Source of the DNA: a bacterium
Lineage (GTDB): Bacteria > Hinthialibacterota > Hinthialibacteria > Hinthialibacterales > Hinthialibacteraceae
DNA length: 64,000 bases
Direction of reading: 5' to 3'
Assembly (NCBI GenBank): GCA_963663405.2
Contig: CAXXSM010000088.1
Location: 34,360-98,359 of the forward strand
Shown: one piece after another, positions 40,742-51,070 of the stretch
Position numbering within the stretch: the stretch's first letter is position 1
How the letters are laid out: every line of letters begins with the position of its first letter
Translations under genes and position numbers: made by a program
The notes under the pieces: generated by a model
The model's input: only the letters and a program-made list of their open reading frames with translations
What the model was told of the DNA's origin: nothing
Databases searched by the model: none

Positions 40742-42256
40742 ATGGGAACTCCTTCTTCCAAATCATGGATCTGTACGGTGTGCGGTAACATAGAAGAACC
40801 GGAAGCGCCTGATGTATGTTCCGTATGTGGAGCGAGTGGAGACGAGTTTAAAGCGATGGATAGCGAGAAGAACGCCTCAACCCGCGCCAGCGCGGCGCAA
40901 TGGGTTTGCGGGAATTGTGGCTACACCCATGAAGGTGATAATCCACCCGAATTCTGCGAAGTCTGCGGCTCTCCGCCGGACGCATTTAAACAACAGCAAT
41001 CCTCCACAATGGGAGAAAGCGCACAAGTGGTTGATGAATACTTGGGAGAATGGGCAAAAAAAGATGATCCTTTCGAGAAGAAATTTTCCAGGATTGCGGA
41101 TCTAGCCAAACATGGAAAAAGCGAAATCACCCCCATGCGGACGCAGAAAATGTTTCCCGATTGGGATACGATCCTCTTTAAGGGCGCGCAATTGTATCGA
41201 ATGCCCCTCAATGAGGATGAAGAAGTCCTTACAAAAACAATTCTCGGTAAAACAGCGAAGCGGCCTTTAGATCTTTCCATTCCCTTTTATGTGTCACATA
41301 TGTCTTTCGGCGCGTTATCCCGTGAAGCAAAAATCGCCCTTGCGAGAGGTTCAAAACTCGTAGGAACCGCCATTTGTTCGGGTGAAGGCGGGATGTTGCC
41401 CGATGAACGCAACGAGGCTGGATTCTACATCTACGAACTCGGCACCGCGTCTTTTTCCCATGTGGACGAAGCGATTCAACAGGCCGACGCGGTCGAAATA
41501 AAAATCGGTCAAGCGGCCAAACCCGGCATGGGAGGCCATCTCCCTAAAGAGAAAATCACGGATGAAATCGCCGCGATTCGAAAAATCACAAAAGAACAGG
41601 ATTCCATTTCCCCCGGACGGCCGTTCAATATCTCAACGAGGGATGATTTGATCAAACAAGTTGACCGATTACGGACTCTGATTGAAGGCAAACCAATCGG
41701 AATCAAACTCGCCGCTGGTCATATTGAAGAAGACTTAGAATTTGCCTTAAGCGCGAAGCCTGATTTTATCACGATTGATTGCCGTGGCGGCGCGACAGGC
41801 GCCGCGCCCACCTATATCAAAGACAACGTGTGCTTGCCCCCCATTTTCACGATTCACCGGGCGAGAAAATACCTCAATCAGGTGGGCAGTAACGTAACCT
41901 TATGCGTAACGGGAGGCTTCCGGGACAGCGCGGATATCGCCAAAGGATTGGCGCTGGGTGCGGACGCGATCGCGTTGGCCACAGCGTCTCTGATCGCGAT
42001 AGGTTGCCAGCAATACCGAATCTGCCACACGGGGAATTGCCCTGTTGGGATTACGACCCAAAATCCAGACCTTCGATCCCGCCTGCAGATTGAAGAATCC
42101 GTCAAACGCTTTGTACGCTTCTATGAAACGACCAAAGAAGAACTAAAAAACTTCGCCCGGATCAATGGGAGAAAAGACGTTCACGACCTAGATTTAACGG
42201 ATGTGTTTACAATCAGCAGTGAAGTATCGAATTTTACGGATATTGAACACGCGTGA
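40742..42256 (+). CDS. FMN-binding glutamate synthase family protein with two N-terminal rubredoxin-like domains
   Basis: WICTVCG..CSVCG and WVCGNCG..CEVCG, then SHMSFGALS, SGEGG, EIKIGQAAKPGMGGHL and 3Fe-4S CQQYRICHTGNCP. GGAGG precedes ATG 40742. Confidence 0.9.
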   Translation: MGTPSSKSWICTVCGNIEEPEAPDVCSVCGASGDEFKAMDSEKNASTRASAAQWVCGNCGYTHEGDNPPEFCEVCGSPPDAFKQQQSSTMGESAQVVDEYLGEWAKKDDPFEKKFSRIADLAKHGKSEITPMRTQKMFPDWDTILFKGAQLYRMPLNEDEEVLTKTILGKTAKRPLDLSIPFYVSHMSFGALSREAKIALARGSKLVGTAICSGEGGMLPDERNEAGFYIYELGTASFSHVDEAIQQADAVEIKIGQAAKPGMGGHLPKEKITDEIAAIRKITKEQDSISPGRPFNISTRDDLIKQVDRLRTLIEGKPIGIKLAAGHIEEDLEFALSAKPDFITIDCRGGATGAAPTYIKDNVCLPPIFTIHRARKYLNQVGSNVTLCVTGGFRDSADIAKGLALGADAIALATASLIAIGCQQYRICHTGNCPVGITTQNPDLRSRLQIEESVKRFVRFYETTKEELKNFARINGRKDVHDLDLTDVFTISSEVSNFTDIEHA

Positions 42257-42284
42257 TAAGAGAGCCTCTTTTTTGAGACGCCTT

Positions 42285-43847
42285 CTAACTAACCATATAA
42301 TTCTGGGCCAATTTCGTATACGCGGTGATTTGCCGCTGGCGCCAAGAGTCATCCATTCCAAGTTCTTCCTTCATCAATTCCGCCACTTTCGGCGCCATTT
42401 GGACACTGATTTTGGCTCCGAGCAACAAACAGCGCGTACGCCTAGCAAGGAAATCTTCGACGGTACGCGCCATTTCGTTTCGAACGGCCCAGACGACCTC
42501 TCCCGCCAAGACGGGACGGTCTGGATGGAGCCGTTCCTGATACCGTAGATCGGAATCGATCAAATTTTGAAGAGCGGGCGCGTCTGAACCATAAATGGCT
42601 AAATCACCAAACTCATCCGCGTGCCGGTGATAACCATGCACGTTCAGTTCTTTCGTCACGCAGGGGATTTCATCCAATCCTGCGACTAACGCCGCTTGAT
42701 CGACACAGTCTTCCGCCATTTTTCGATAGGTGGTCCATTTCCCCCCCGCGATGGTGATTAAACCGGAGCGGGATATATGAATCGTATGGTCGCGGGAGAG
42801 TGAAGCAGTATTCTCAGCGCTACCGGCCCGTACCAATGGCCGGATACCGGCGAACGCGCTAAGCGCGTCGTGTCGTGCAGGATTCTTGGTTAAATATCTC
42901 GCCGCATGCTTAAAGAGAAAATCCAGTTCTTTTTCCAACGGAATGGGTTCAAGTGAAATTTCATCGATAGGCGTATCGGTCGTTCCGATCACAACGCATT
43001 CATGCCAAGGAATCGCAAATAATACACGCCCATCATCTGTGTGAGGAACCATGATGGCCGTTTCTCCTGGAAGAAAGGATTTATCCAATACGATATGCAC
43101 ACCTTGACTCGGTTTGATCATGGATTGCGCGCGACCGTCATCCATCCTTCGAATCCGGTCACAGAACGCTCCTGTAGCGTTGATTACGGCTTTCGAATTC
43201 AGAGAATACGTGGCGCCGCTTTCCAGATCCCGCGCTTCTACGCCACTGACAAAATCATTGGTTTTCCTTAAGCCCGTCACTTGCAAATAGTTGATTAACC
43301 CCCCCCCCTGGCCGGCGGCGGTTTCGGCCAGATTGATCACCATGCGGGAATCGTCAAACTGCCCGTCGTGATAAATGACACCCCCAATTAAACCGTCGGT
43401 CGCAACCGTCGGAATCCGCTCAATCACCGCTTCTTTCGAAAGGTTCTTGGACCGGCCAAATCCATATTTTCCAGCTAAGAGATCATATAGACGGAGACCG
43501 ATTCCATAGAACGGGGCTTCCCACCATGTGTAATTGGGCACGATAAACGGTTGATCGTGAACGAGATGGGGCGCGTTATGGAGCATCAAACCGCGTTCTT
43601 TCAACGATTCTAAAACGAGTGAAATATTCCCCTGCTGTAAATAGCGTACTCCTCCATGAACAAGTTTTGTGCTGCGGCTCGATGTGCCGGCGCCGAAATC
43701 ATGTTGCTCCAATAGAAGTATTCGATATCCCCGCGAAGCCGCGTCCACCGCTACGCCGACTCCAGTCGCGCCCCCTCCGATTACAATCATATCCCATACA
43801 AATTCGGGACGCCGCCTGATTGTATTCAACATCTCATTTCGTTTCAT
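42285..43847 (-). CDS. glpD: FAD-dependent glycerol-3-phosphate dehydrogenase/oxidase
   Basis: IVIGGGATG, GTSSRSTKLVHGGVRYL, DGQFDD, AGIRPL and GGKWTTYRKMAE motifs. Confidence 0.95.
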   Translation of the reverse strand: MKRNEMLNTIRRRPEFVWDMIVIGGGATGVGVAVDAASRGYRILLLEQHDFGAGTSSRSTKLVHGGVRYLQQGNISLVLESLKERGLMLHNAPHLVHDQPFIVPNYTWWEAPFYGIGLRLYDLLAGKYGFGRSKNLSKEAVIERIPTVATDGLIGGVIYHDGQFDDSRMVINLAETAAGQGGGLINYLQVTGLRKTNDFVSGVEARDLESGATYSLNSKAVINATGAFCDRIRRMDDGRAQSMIKPSQGVHIVLDKSFLPGETAIMVPHTDDGRVLFAIPWHECVVIGTTDTPIDEISLEPIPLEKELDFLFKHAARYLTKNPARHDALSAFAGIRPLVRAGSAENTASLSRDHTIHISRSGLITIAGGKWTTYRKMAEDCVDQAALVAGLDEIPCVTKELNVHGYHRHADEFGDLAIYGSDAPALQNLIDSDLRYQERLHPDRPVLAGEVVWAVRNEMARTVEDFLARRTRCLLLGAKISVQMAPKVAELMKEELGMDDSWRQRQITAYTKLAQNYMVS

Positions 43848-43946
43848 AATTAGTAATAGTGTAGCGGATTTGATAGAATGAAAGGAGTTAAAAAGAGTAA
43901 ATAACTCGCAGAAATAAAGGGAAGAGCAAAAGGATCAGCGAGTCAC

Positions 43947-46900
43947 TCATGAACGCAGCGAGCGATGGATCGCGTCCAAGAGTTCATCATTTGACACTGG
44001 TTTATTTAGATATTCACGAACGCCGATTTCTTTGACTTGCTCTCGCGTCACTTGATCGCTGTAGCCGGTGCAAATAATGATAGGAATCTCCGGACGGATC
44101 GCTAACATATTTCTAGCCAATTCAACGCCGGTCATGTGGGGCATGGTTTGATCGGAAATAATGAGATCGAACTCATTGGGATGAGACTGAAAATATTTAA
44201 GCGCTTCAATACTCTCCGTGATGCCTTTGACGTTGAAACCAGCGCGATTTAAACGGATTGTATTCATCTTGACTAAAGCGCTTTCATCATCGACATAGAG
44301 GATCGAAGCGTTTGAGGTTTCAACCGGTTCTCTTTTTTGGGGAAGTTCCGGTTTCTGAACCTTCGTCTGGGATAAAGGAAGATATACAGAAAACGCAGTT
44401 CCCTTCTCCGGCTGGCTTTCTACATCGAGAAATCCCCGGTGGTTTTTCACAATCCCATGCACGACGGACAATCCCATCCCTGTCCCTTCGCCTTCTGGTT
44501 TGGTCGTGAAGAATGGTTCGAAAATGCGGTCAATGATTTCCGGCGCCATTCCAGCGCCGTTATCTTTAACAGTAATTACAGCATATTCCCCAGGAGGGAC
44601 GTTTTCCAATCGCTTTCCACTCTGTCTTGAATTAATAACCGCAGTAGAAAGTGAGACGTCCATCTCTCCGCCTTTTTCTTTCATCGCATAAGACGCGTTG
44701 GTCGATAAATTCATTAACACCTGATGAATCTGGGTTGCGTCACCATGAATCCAAATGGGATTCTCAGCGATCATGGAAGAGATTTCAATTGTACTGGGCA
44801 ACGTGGAACGCAGGAGTTTGAGGATTTCTTTCACCAATGGATTCAATTCGAGAGCCTCTTTCGGTTTATCCGTCTTTCGGCTGAATTCTAAAATTTGGCG
44901 GACTAAATCCTGCGCCCGTTGAATCGCTTTTTTGATTTCTTTAGACCATTCCTCCGTATTCCCATTGAATGTCATATCACCACAGAGCAATTCAAAATAA
45001 CCTTGGATCGCGAATAAGATATTGTTGAAATCATGCGCGATACCGCCTGATAGCGTGCCGATCGCCTCCATTTTTTGCGATTGACGCAGTTGCTTTTCCA
45101 TTATAACTTGTTCGGTGATATCGCGTTTCACTGAGACGTAACCAATAGTTTTTCCATCAGTATCTTTCAACGGTGATATTGTCGCGTATTCTGTGAATAA
45201 ATCTCCCTCTTTTTTTCGATTGATAATTTGACCGGACCATATGTTTCCGGATATAATCGTTGTCCAAAGCTGCGAATAAAAAGCGTCATCATGCTCCCCG
45301 CTTTTTAGAATATTGGACTTCTTTCCAATGACTTCACTTGCTGAATATCCGGTATTCTTCTCAAAAGCGGGATTGACGTATTCAATGATCCCTTGTGTAT
45401 CCGTTATGATGATGTCTTCCGCCGCATGATGGATAGCCTGCGCCAGTTTGTTTTTTTCTTCTTCGGCTTGTATCCGGGATTCAATTTGTTGGCGAAGTTT
45501 TTGATTAAGTTCCTGCAACGCGAGATTATGTAACTGCAGACGTTGGCTGCGGATATAAAATATTCCAACGATGATGAACAATACAAGAAGCACAATTGTG
45601 ATTCGGAACCAAACCATCCGCCAATAAGGGGCGATGATGTGTATGGCCAATTGGAGTTCGCGTTCTTTCCAAACTCCATCACTATTGGTTCCTTTGAGAT
45701 GGAAGATGTAATTCCCTGGATACAGATTGTAATTGGCGTCCCGTTTGGATCCCACATCATTCCAATCCGTATCAAAACCTTCCATCCAGTAGGCATACTG
45801 GTTCTTTGATGGATTGGAAAAATCTAATGAGGCGAATTCAAAAGTAAGAAAACGTTGTTGATAGTTGAGTGTTATCTCATTCGGTTTCTTCAGGCTATAC
45901 AAATTAAACGCATCGCCGTTCACCTTAAAGGAAGTGATGACGAGAGGGGGTTGGTATTGGCTTTTTTGAACTCGGTTGGGATCAAAAATGTTTAATCCAT
46001 TTATACCACCAAAGAACATTTCTCCAGCAGAATTACGAAACGACGCGCCACGATTGAATTCGTTGCTCTGTAAACCTTCATCGACAGTAAAATGACCGAT
46101 GATTTCCTGCGCGGTTTGATCGAACTGGATCAATCCGTAATTCGTTCCAAGCCAGAGAACGTTTAAGTTGTCTTCTTGGATGGAGTAGATTGTATCATCC
46201 GGCAAATTGTCATCGATCGTAAAACGAGTAAATTGTTTAGTTTGAGGATCAAACCGGTTTAGACCGGATACAGTCCCCACCCATACATCGCCATTGGCTG
46301 ATTCATGGATACAGAGAACGAAATCATTTGAGAGACTATGTGGATCATCTGGATCGCAATTGAATGTTTCAACGGTCTGATTGGTCAGTTGAATTCTATG
46401 TAGGCCTTGCTGACTCCCTGTGTACAAAAAATCTCCTATGAATGAAAAAATATAGTAGTATTTTGGATCGAGTAAATCACTTAAGGGATGAGGGATAATC
46501 TCATAGGATTCATTCTCTCTAGGTTGAATAATTTTCAAACCTTCACCGTATGTGCCCGCTAAAAGATGTCCATCCCGATCTTCGTCAATTTGTGAAATGA
46601 CCCCTAAATTCGATCCCTTGGATTCTTCAATCAAAACAGGAGTTTCACCAGGATTTAATAGATAAATTAGATCTTTCTCCGTTCCGATCCAAAGAATCCC
46701 ATTCTGGTCTATATAAAGTGTTTTTGGGATTTCTTCCAATGAAAAAAACTGAAACGTCCGGTCCTCTGCCTTGATCTTCGTTAATTGTTTTGAAAGCGTG
46801 GCCACCCAGATATTGCCTTGCCGATCTTGACAAACCGCATTGACATAACGATGCGGTAGTGAGGCGTCCGGCTGAAGATTATGGGTATATAAACGAAAAG

Positions 46901-47966
46901 GATTCGGCTTTGCGGGAAAAACAGATAATCCAAAACCATTTGAACCACACCAAATCATTCCAGATTGATCTTTAAATAAGGATTGGATATGACTGGATAT
47001 GATAGAAGAAGGATTCGACAATTCATGCTTGTATACCACATAATCCTGAGTGATTGGATTGTATCGTACCAATCCTTGTGTGGTCCCAAACAAAAATTCA
47101 TTTATAGGCAGTAGCAAGGCGTCGCGAAACGGCCACGTGAAAAATTCCAGCGCCCTTTCAAGTGATGGATAGACAAATTTGGATTCCGCTGTATTGAAGG
47201 TCAGAATCCCTTGTTTTGAAGGAAACAAAATTAAATTCCCTTCCCCGTCTTCTCGAAGCAAATACGGAGTGAATGCTTCTGGAACCGGATATGCTTGAAA
47301 TGAATATGTATCGAAATTGTATTTTAATAATTTGCGGGGAGGTTGATGGCTTAAGATCCAAATATCCCCATTCCGATCGGCATGGATTTCAATTTCCAAT
47401 GGTGAAGAAGTGTCTTCTTCATCTCGATACGGTTTAAGATTGATCGGTGTGTATTCATAGGTCGATCGATTAAAGCGAATCACCTGACCGTGCATAGACA
47501 GCCAGAAAAATCCGAATCGGTCTTCAACAATCTGATTGATGTAATTCGTCTCGACTGATAGATGTTCGATTGTGGGATAAAACCGGGTAAACGTTTCCGC
47601 GCCTCGATCGAAAGCATTGAATCCATTTCGAGTTCCCGCCCATAATGCTCCATCACGATCGATTTGCATACAAGTGACAAAACTGTCCGATAGTGATTGT
47701 GGATTTTCTACATTATGTTTATAGATTTTGAACGTTTTACCATCGAATCGATTCAATCCAGCCAGAGTTCCAAACCATAGATAGCCCTCTTGATCCTGAA
47801 TGATATCCGAGATAAAACCTTGCGATAATCCATCATCGATAGTGAGATGTTTGAATTGGACGGTTTCTTGCGCATAGGATGGAAAAAGAACTCCTTGACT
47901 GCAAAGAATCAAAGAGCATTGCATCAAGAAACGTGAACAAATATATACTCCATTGAATCTTCCCAT
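43947..47966 (-). CDS. Hybrid sensor histidine kinase (beta-propeller, Y_Y_Y, TM, PAS, HisKA, HATPase, REC)
   Basis: Reg_prop repeats (DxxGxLWxGT), Y_Y_Y domain, PAS (YVNPAFE..GY), GGIAHDFNNIL H-box, FEPFFTTK..GTGMGL and receiver YVDDE..DQTMP. Confidence 0.93.
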   Translation of the reverse strand: MGRFNGVYICSRFLMQCSLILCSQGVLFPSYAQETVQFKHLTIDDGLSQGFISDIIQDQEGYLWFGTLAGLNRFDGKTFKIYKHNVENPQSLSDSFVTCMQIDRDGALWAGTRNGFNAFDRGAETFTRFYPTIEHLSVETNYINQIVEDRFGFFWLSMHGQVIRFNRSTYEYTPINLKPYRDEEDTSSPLEIEIHADRNGDIWILSHQPPRKLLKYNFDTYSFQAYPVPEAFTPYLLREDGEGNLILFPSKQGILTFNTAESKFVYPSLERALEFFTWPFRDALLLPINEFLFGTTQGLVRYNPITQDYVVYKHELSNPSSIISSHIQSLFKDQSGMIWCGSNGFGLSVFPAKPNPFRLYTHNLQPDASLPHRYVNAVCQDRQGNIWVATLSKQLTKIKAEDRTFQFFSLEEIPKTLYIDQNGILWIGTEKDLIYLLNPGETPVLIEESKGSNLGVISQIDEDRDGHLLAGTYGEGLKIIQPRENESYEIIPHPLSDLLDPKYYYIFSFIGDFLYTGSQQGLHRIQLTNQTVETFNCDPDDPHSLSNDFVLCIHESANGDVWVGTVSGLNRFDPQTKQFTRFTIDDNLPDDTIYSIQEDNLNVLWLGTNYGLIQFDQTAQEIIGHFTVDEGLQSNEFNRGASFRNSAGEMFFGGINGLNIFDPNRVQKSQYQPPLVITSFKVNGDAFNLYSLKKPNEITLNYQQRFLTFEFASLDFSNPSKNQYAYWMEGFDTDWNDVGSKRDANYNLYPGNYIFHLKGTNSDGVWKERELQLAIHIIAPYWRMVWFRITIVLLVLFIIVGIFYIRSQRLQLHNLALQELNQKLRQQIESRIQAEEEKNKLAQAIHHAAEDIIITDTQGIIEYVNPAFEKNTGYSASEVIGKKSNILKSGEHDDAFYSQLWTTIISGNIWSGQIINRKKEGDLFTEYATISPLKDTDGKTIGYVSVKRDITEQVIMEKQLRQSQKMEAIGTLSGGIAHDFNNILFAIQGYFELLCGDMTFNGNTEEWSKEIKKAIQRAQDLVRQILEFSRKTDKPKEALELNPLVKEILKLLRSTLPSTIEISSMIAENPIWIHGDATQIHQVLMNLSTNASYAMKEKGGEMDVSLSTAVINSRQSGKRLENVPPGEYAVITVKDNGAGMAPEIIDRIFEPFFTTKPEGEGTGMGLSVVHGIVKNHRGFLDVESQPEKGTAFSVYLPLSQTKVQKPELPQKREPVETSNASILYVDDESALVKMNTIRLNRAGFNVKGITESIEALKYFQSHPNEFDLIISDQTMPHMTGVELARNMLAIRPEIPIIICTGYSDQVTREQVKEIGVREYLNKPVSNDELLDAIHRSLRS

Positions 47967-48142
47967 AGGAAAATCTCAGTTAAGACAGTTGGATAGATCA
48001 TGAATATATTCAGATACTATCATTCTTTTATTCAGATTATAATAATAGTTAAGAATATACTCTACTGGTAAGAAAAAACAAGAATATGTGGATCAATTAC
48101 TATTATGGAATCATTTCTATGATCATTTGGGTGGATTATAGA

Positions 48143-50617
48143 TTATACAAACAAGTTCACATTCCCCGCCGCCGCATGGTCGAGGTACATCGCGACACCC
48201 CCTTCTTCGACGCCATCGATCAATTCTTCCCGCTTGATTCCCATTAAATCCATCGACATGGCGCAGGCGACGAATGTCACATTTGAGGCTTTCGCGCTCT
48301 GGATCAATTCGGGGAGAGAGGAGGCGTTTTTCTTGCGCATGATCCCTTTAATCATGGCAAGTCCTATTCCAGCCATGTGCATCTTTGAGAGAGCCAGTTT
48401 CTCCGGTCCGCGGGGCATCATCCAACCGAACATCTTCTCAACAAGATTCTTTTTGACTGGAACCGCTTTATCTTTCCGCAGCGCGTTTAATCCCCAGAAA
48501 GTGAAGAATAACGTGACCTTCCTTCCCATAGCCGCCGCTCCGTTGGCGATGATGAACGCCGCCATCACACGGTCGAAATCATTGCTGAATACAACGATGG
48601 TCATATTCTTGCTCTGGGAGGTGGGAACTTGGGCGGAGGATTCGCTGGTATCGCATTTTTCAATCGTTGCGCGGTACTGACCTTTCGTTGATTCCAACTC
48701 GATCAGTTTGTGTCCGGTGCTATGACACCAGGCCGGCGCGTCGGCGGCGAAGCCGGGATCGCTCGCCGTAATCTGAACCGCTTCTCCCACTTGCATCGCA
48801 TCGATCGTGCTTTTCAACTGTTGAATCGGGCCGGGACACTGCATGCCACAGGCGTCGATCTGTTTGACAATTTTTGCCGGAGCGCTAATCGTGAATGCGG
48901 TCTTCCCTTCCCCATTCGTTGACTCGGTTTTGTTTTTCTTTGGAGTAAGTGTCAGTTCCGCAATGCGCCCCGTCACCATGAGGTACGTCTTGTACCCTCC
49001 CGTCAGGTTGCGGCAGTTGAAACCATGTTGGGAGAGAATCCGGCAAGCGAGATAGCCCCGCAGGCCAACCTGGCACAGTACAAGCAGTTCCTTGTCACGA
49101 GGCAGTTCATTCAGCCGGTCCCGGAGTTCATCCAGAGGAATCACGATCGACTCTGGAATCACTCCAGCTTTCACTTCTTTGTCCATACGCACGTCCAAAA
49201 TTAGTTGATCGTGTTTTGGATTCACGACATCTTCAACGTGACAAAGCCTGACATCGCCTCGGAGGAAATTGGCCGCGGCGAACCCGGCGTAGTTAACCGG
49301 ATCCTTGGCCGACCCATAAGGCGGGGCGTAGGATAATTCCATCTCTTCCAGTTCAAACGCAGTAAGACCCGCCCGCAACGCAATGGCCAGCGCGTCGATT
49401 CGTTTATCCACTCCATCCGCGCCCACAGCCTGCGCGCCAAGAATTTTCCCGTCTTTGGGATCGAACAGGAGTTTCAGGCTCATTGAACAGGCGCCGGGAT
49501 AATACCCTGCATGATTGGTAGGATGGACGTAGACTTTTTCATACGGGACATTAACACGTTTAGCCGCTTTTTCACTCAAGCCGGTCATGGCGAACGTCAT
49601 ATTGAACACTTTGCAAATAGCCGTCCCCTGCGTTCGTTTATAGACAGTATTCCGCTCAAATATCCGATCCGCCGCGATGCGGCCTTGGCGGTTGGCTGGT
49701 CCGGCGAGAGGGATGAGAACAGGATTCCCACTGATAAAATCCCGGACTTCAATAGCGTCTCCAACGGCGTAGATGGATGGATCGTTGGTTCGCATCGACT
49801 CATCCACTTGAATCCCATTTAACGCGCCGATCGTTAATCCCGCATCACGAGCGAGTGTCACTTCCGGTTTGACACCGATGGATAGAATCGCCAATCCGCA
49901 ATCCACTACCCCCCCGTCACTCAGTTCGACTTGAAGACTGTTTTCTTTCTCTTGAAACGCTGTGACTGATACGCCCAGCCGTAAATCAACACTGTTGAGT
50001 TTCAATTCTTGATGTAGGAAAGAGACCATTTCAGGATCGGCGGGAGCCATAACCTGCTGGGTCATCTCAACGATCGTCACGTCCAATCCGCGATGACGCA
50101 GCGCTTCGGCCATTTCCAAACCGATAAAACCTCCACCCACGACAACGGCTCGTTTGGATTGCATTTCTTCCAATGCGTGGATGATGGTGTCCATATCATC
50201 CATGTTGCGAAGAGTCTTCACACGTTCACAATCAACTCCGGGGATCGGTGGACGCACTGGAGCCGCGCCCGGACTGAGAATCAAGGCGTCGTATTGTTCC
50301 TGGTATTCCTTGTTTGTGGTTAAGTCCTTTGCGGTGATTTCTTTTTTCTCCCGGTCGATGCGGAGAATTTCGGTTTGTGTCCGCACATCGATCCGGAAAC
50401 GTTTCCGCATTAATTCCGGCGTTTGTACGAGAAGTTTTTCCCGTTTCTCGATTTCCCCGCCAATATGGTACGGTAAACCACAATTCGCGAAGGAGATATA
50501 TTCACCTCGTTCAAACATAATGATTTCCGCGTCTTCTGAAAGACGCCGGGCCCGCGCCGCCGCCGAAGCGCCACCGGCGACCCCCCCCACGATGATGATA
50601 CGTTTTCGTTCTGACAT
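48143..50617 (-). CDS. CoA-disulfide/persulfide reductase fused to rhodanese, TusA/SirA and DsrE2-like domains
   Basis: IVGGVAGGAS, SFANCGLPY (redox Cys), GGGFIG, YAPPYG, rhodanese CQVGLRG, TusA CGMQCPGP and DsrE-like LFFTFWGL...ACAMSM. It has its own RBS (AGGAG) before ATG 50617 but is in frame with the upstream ArsR domain. Confidence 0.93.
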   Translation of the reverse strand: MSERKRIIIVGGVAGGASAAARARRLSEDAEIIMFERGEYISFANCGLPYHIGGEIEKREKLLVQTPELMRKRFRIDVRTQTEILRIDREKKEITAKDLTTNKEYQEQYDALILSPGAAPVRPPIPGVDCERVKTLRNMDDMDTIIHALEEMQSKRAVVVGGGFIGLEMAEALRHRGLDVTIVEMTQQVMAPADPEMVSFLHQELKLNSVDLRLGVSVTAFQEKENSLQVELSDGGVVDCGLAILSIGVKPEVTLARDAGLTIGALNGIQVDESMRTNDPSIYAVGDAIEVRDFISGNPVLIPLAGPANRQGRIAADRIFERNTVYKRTQGTAICKVFNMTFAMTGLSEKAAKRVNVPYEKVYVHPTNHAGYYPGACSMSLKLLFDPKDGKILGAQAVGADGVDKRIDALAIALRAGLTAFELEEMELSYAPPYGSAKDPVNYAGFAAANFLRGDVRLCHVEDVVNPKHDQLILDVRMDKEVKAGVIPESIVIPLDELRDRLNELPRDKELLVLCQVGLRGYLACRILSQHGFNCRNLTGGYKTYLMVTGRIAELTLTPKKNKTESTNGEGKTAFTISAPAKIVKQIDACGMQCPGPIQQLKSTIDAMQVGEAVQITASDPGFAADAPAWCHSTGHKLIELESTKGQYRATIEKCDTSESSAQVPTSQSKNMTIVVFSNDFDRVMAAFIIANGAAAMGRKVTLFFTFWGLNALRKDKAVPVKKNLVEKMFGWMMPRGPEKLALSKMHMAGIGLAMIKGIMRKKNASSLPELIQSAKASNVTFVACAMSMDLMGIKREELIDGVEEGGVAMYLDHAAAGNVNLFV

Positions 50618-50962
50618 AATCGCTCTCCTATCCTGTTTTTGTTTTTTTCGAAATTTTTTGGTTGATTGATCGCAAGCGCTGCGGATACATTGGAGCAGAG
50701 AGGGAAGCTGGGGATTCGCAATTGAATAAAAGACAAAACGGCCGCGCCGCTCACTGTCAAGATAACCGTAGCCCTTCATCAGCCGGAGATGCTCACAGGT
50801 CTGGTTGGGATTCAGTCCACACAACGAAGCGATCTCATGCACTGGATATTCCCCCTGCATCAAGATCTCTACAATCCGCAGCCGAGTTGGATGTGACATG
50901 ACCTTGAGACAATCCGCCGTTTGCTCGAGAAACTCCATTGGTAAAAGTTGAATTTCGCCCAT
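50618..50962 (-). CDS. ArsR/SmtB-family repressor (BigR/SqrR-like persulfide sensor); reads through into the reductase in this sequence
   Basis: ADCLKVMSHPTRLRIV, HTH region and HLRLMK...SERRGRFVFY. Cys residues lie in the first and last helices (TADCLK, LLQCIR). Confidence 0.88.
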
Positions 50963-50987
50963 ACTCTACTCCACTTATTAATATACC

Positions 50988-51015
50988 ATTATATCGTGAC
51001 CTCACGATATATCAA
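50988..51015 (-). promoter_or_regulatory. ArsR-type operator overlapping the promoter of the ArsR-reductase locus
   Basis: Perfect 10-2-10 palindrome TATATCGTGA-CC-TCACGATATA (50990..51011) spanning minus-strand TTGATA-N16-TATAAT. Confidence 0.75.
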
Positions 51016-51070
51016 GTTTAAAATAGACTTTTTTTCTATCGGATGGAAAGTAGGTAATTCGATATATTTT

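Noticed and set aside
43947-47966. Beta-propeller hybrid kinase lacking an AraC output domain as a novelty
   Set aside because: Reg_prop/Y_Y_Y sensors joined to PAS-HisKA-REC are a common, known architecture.
48100-48125. Second PerR-like operator upstream of the hybrid kinase
   Set aside because: Only a partial match (ATAGAAATGATTCCAT) in an AT-rich intergenic region, which is compatible with chance.
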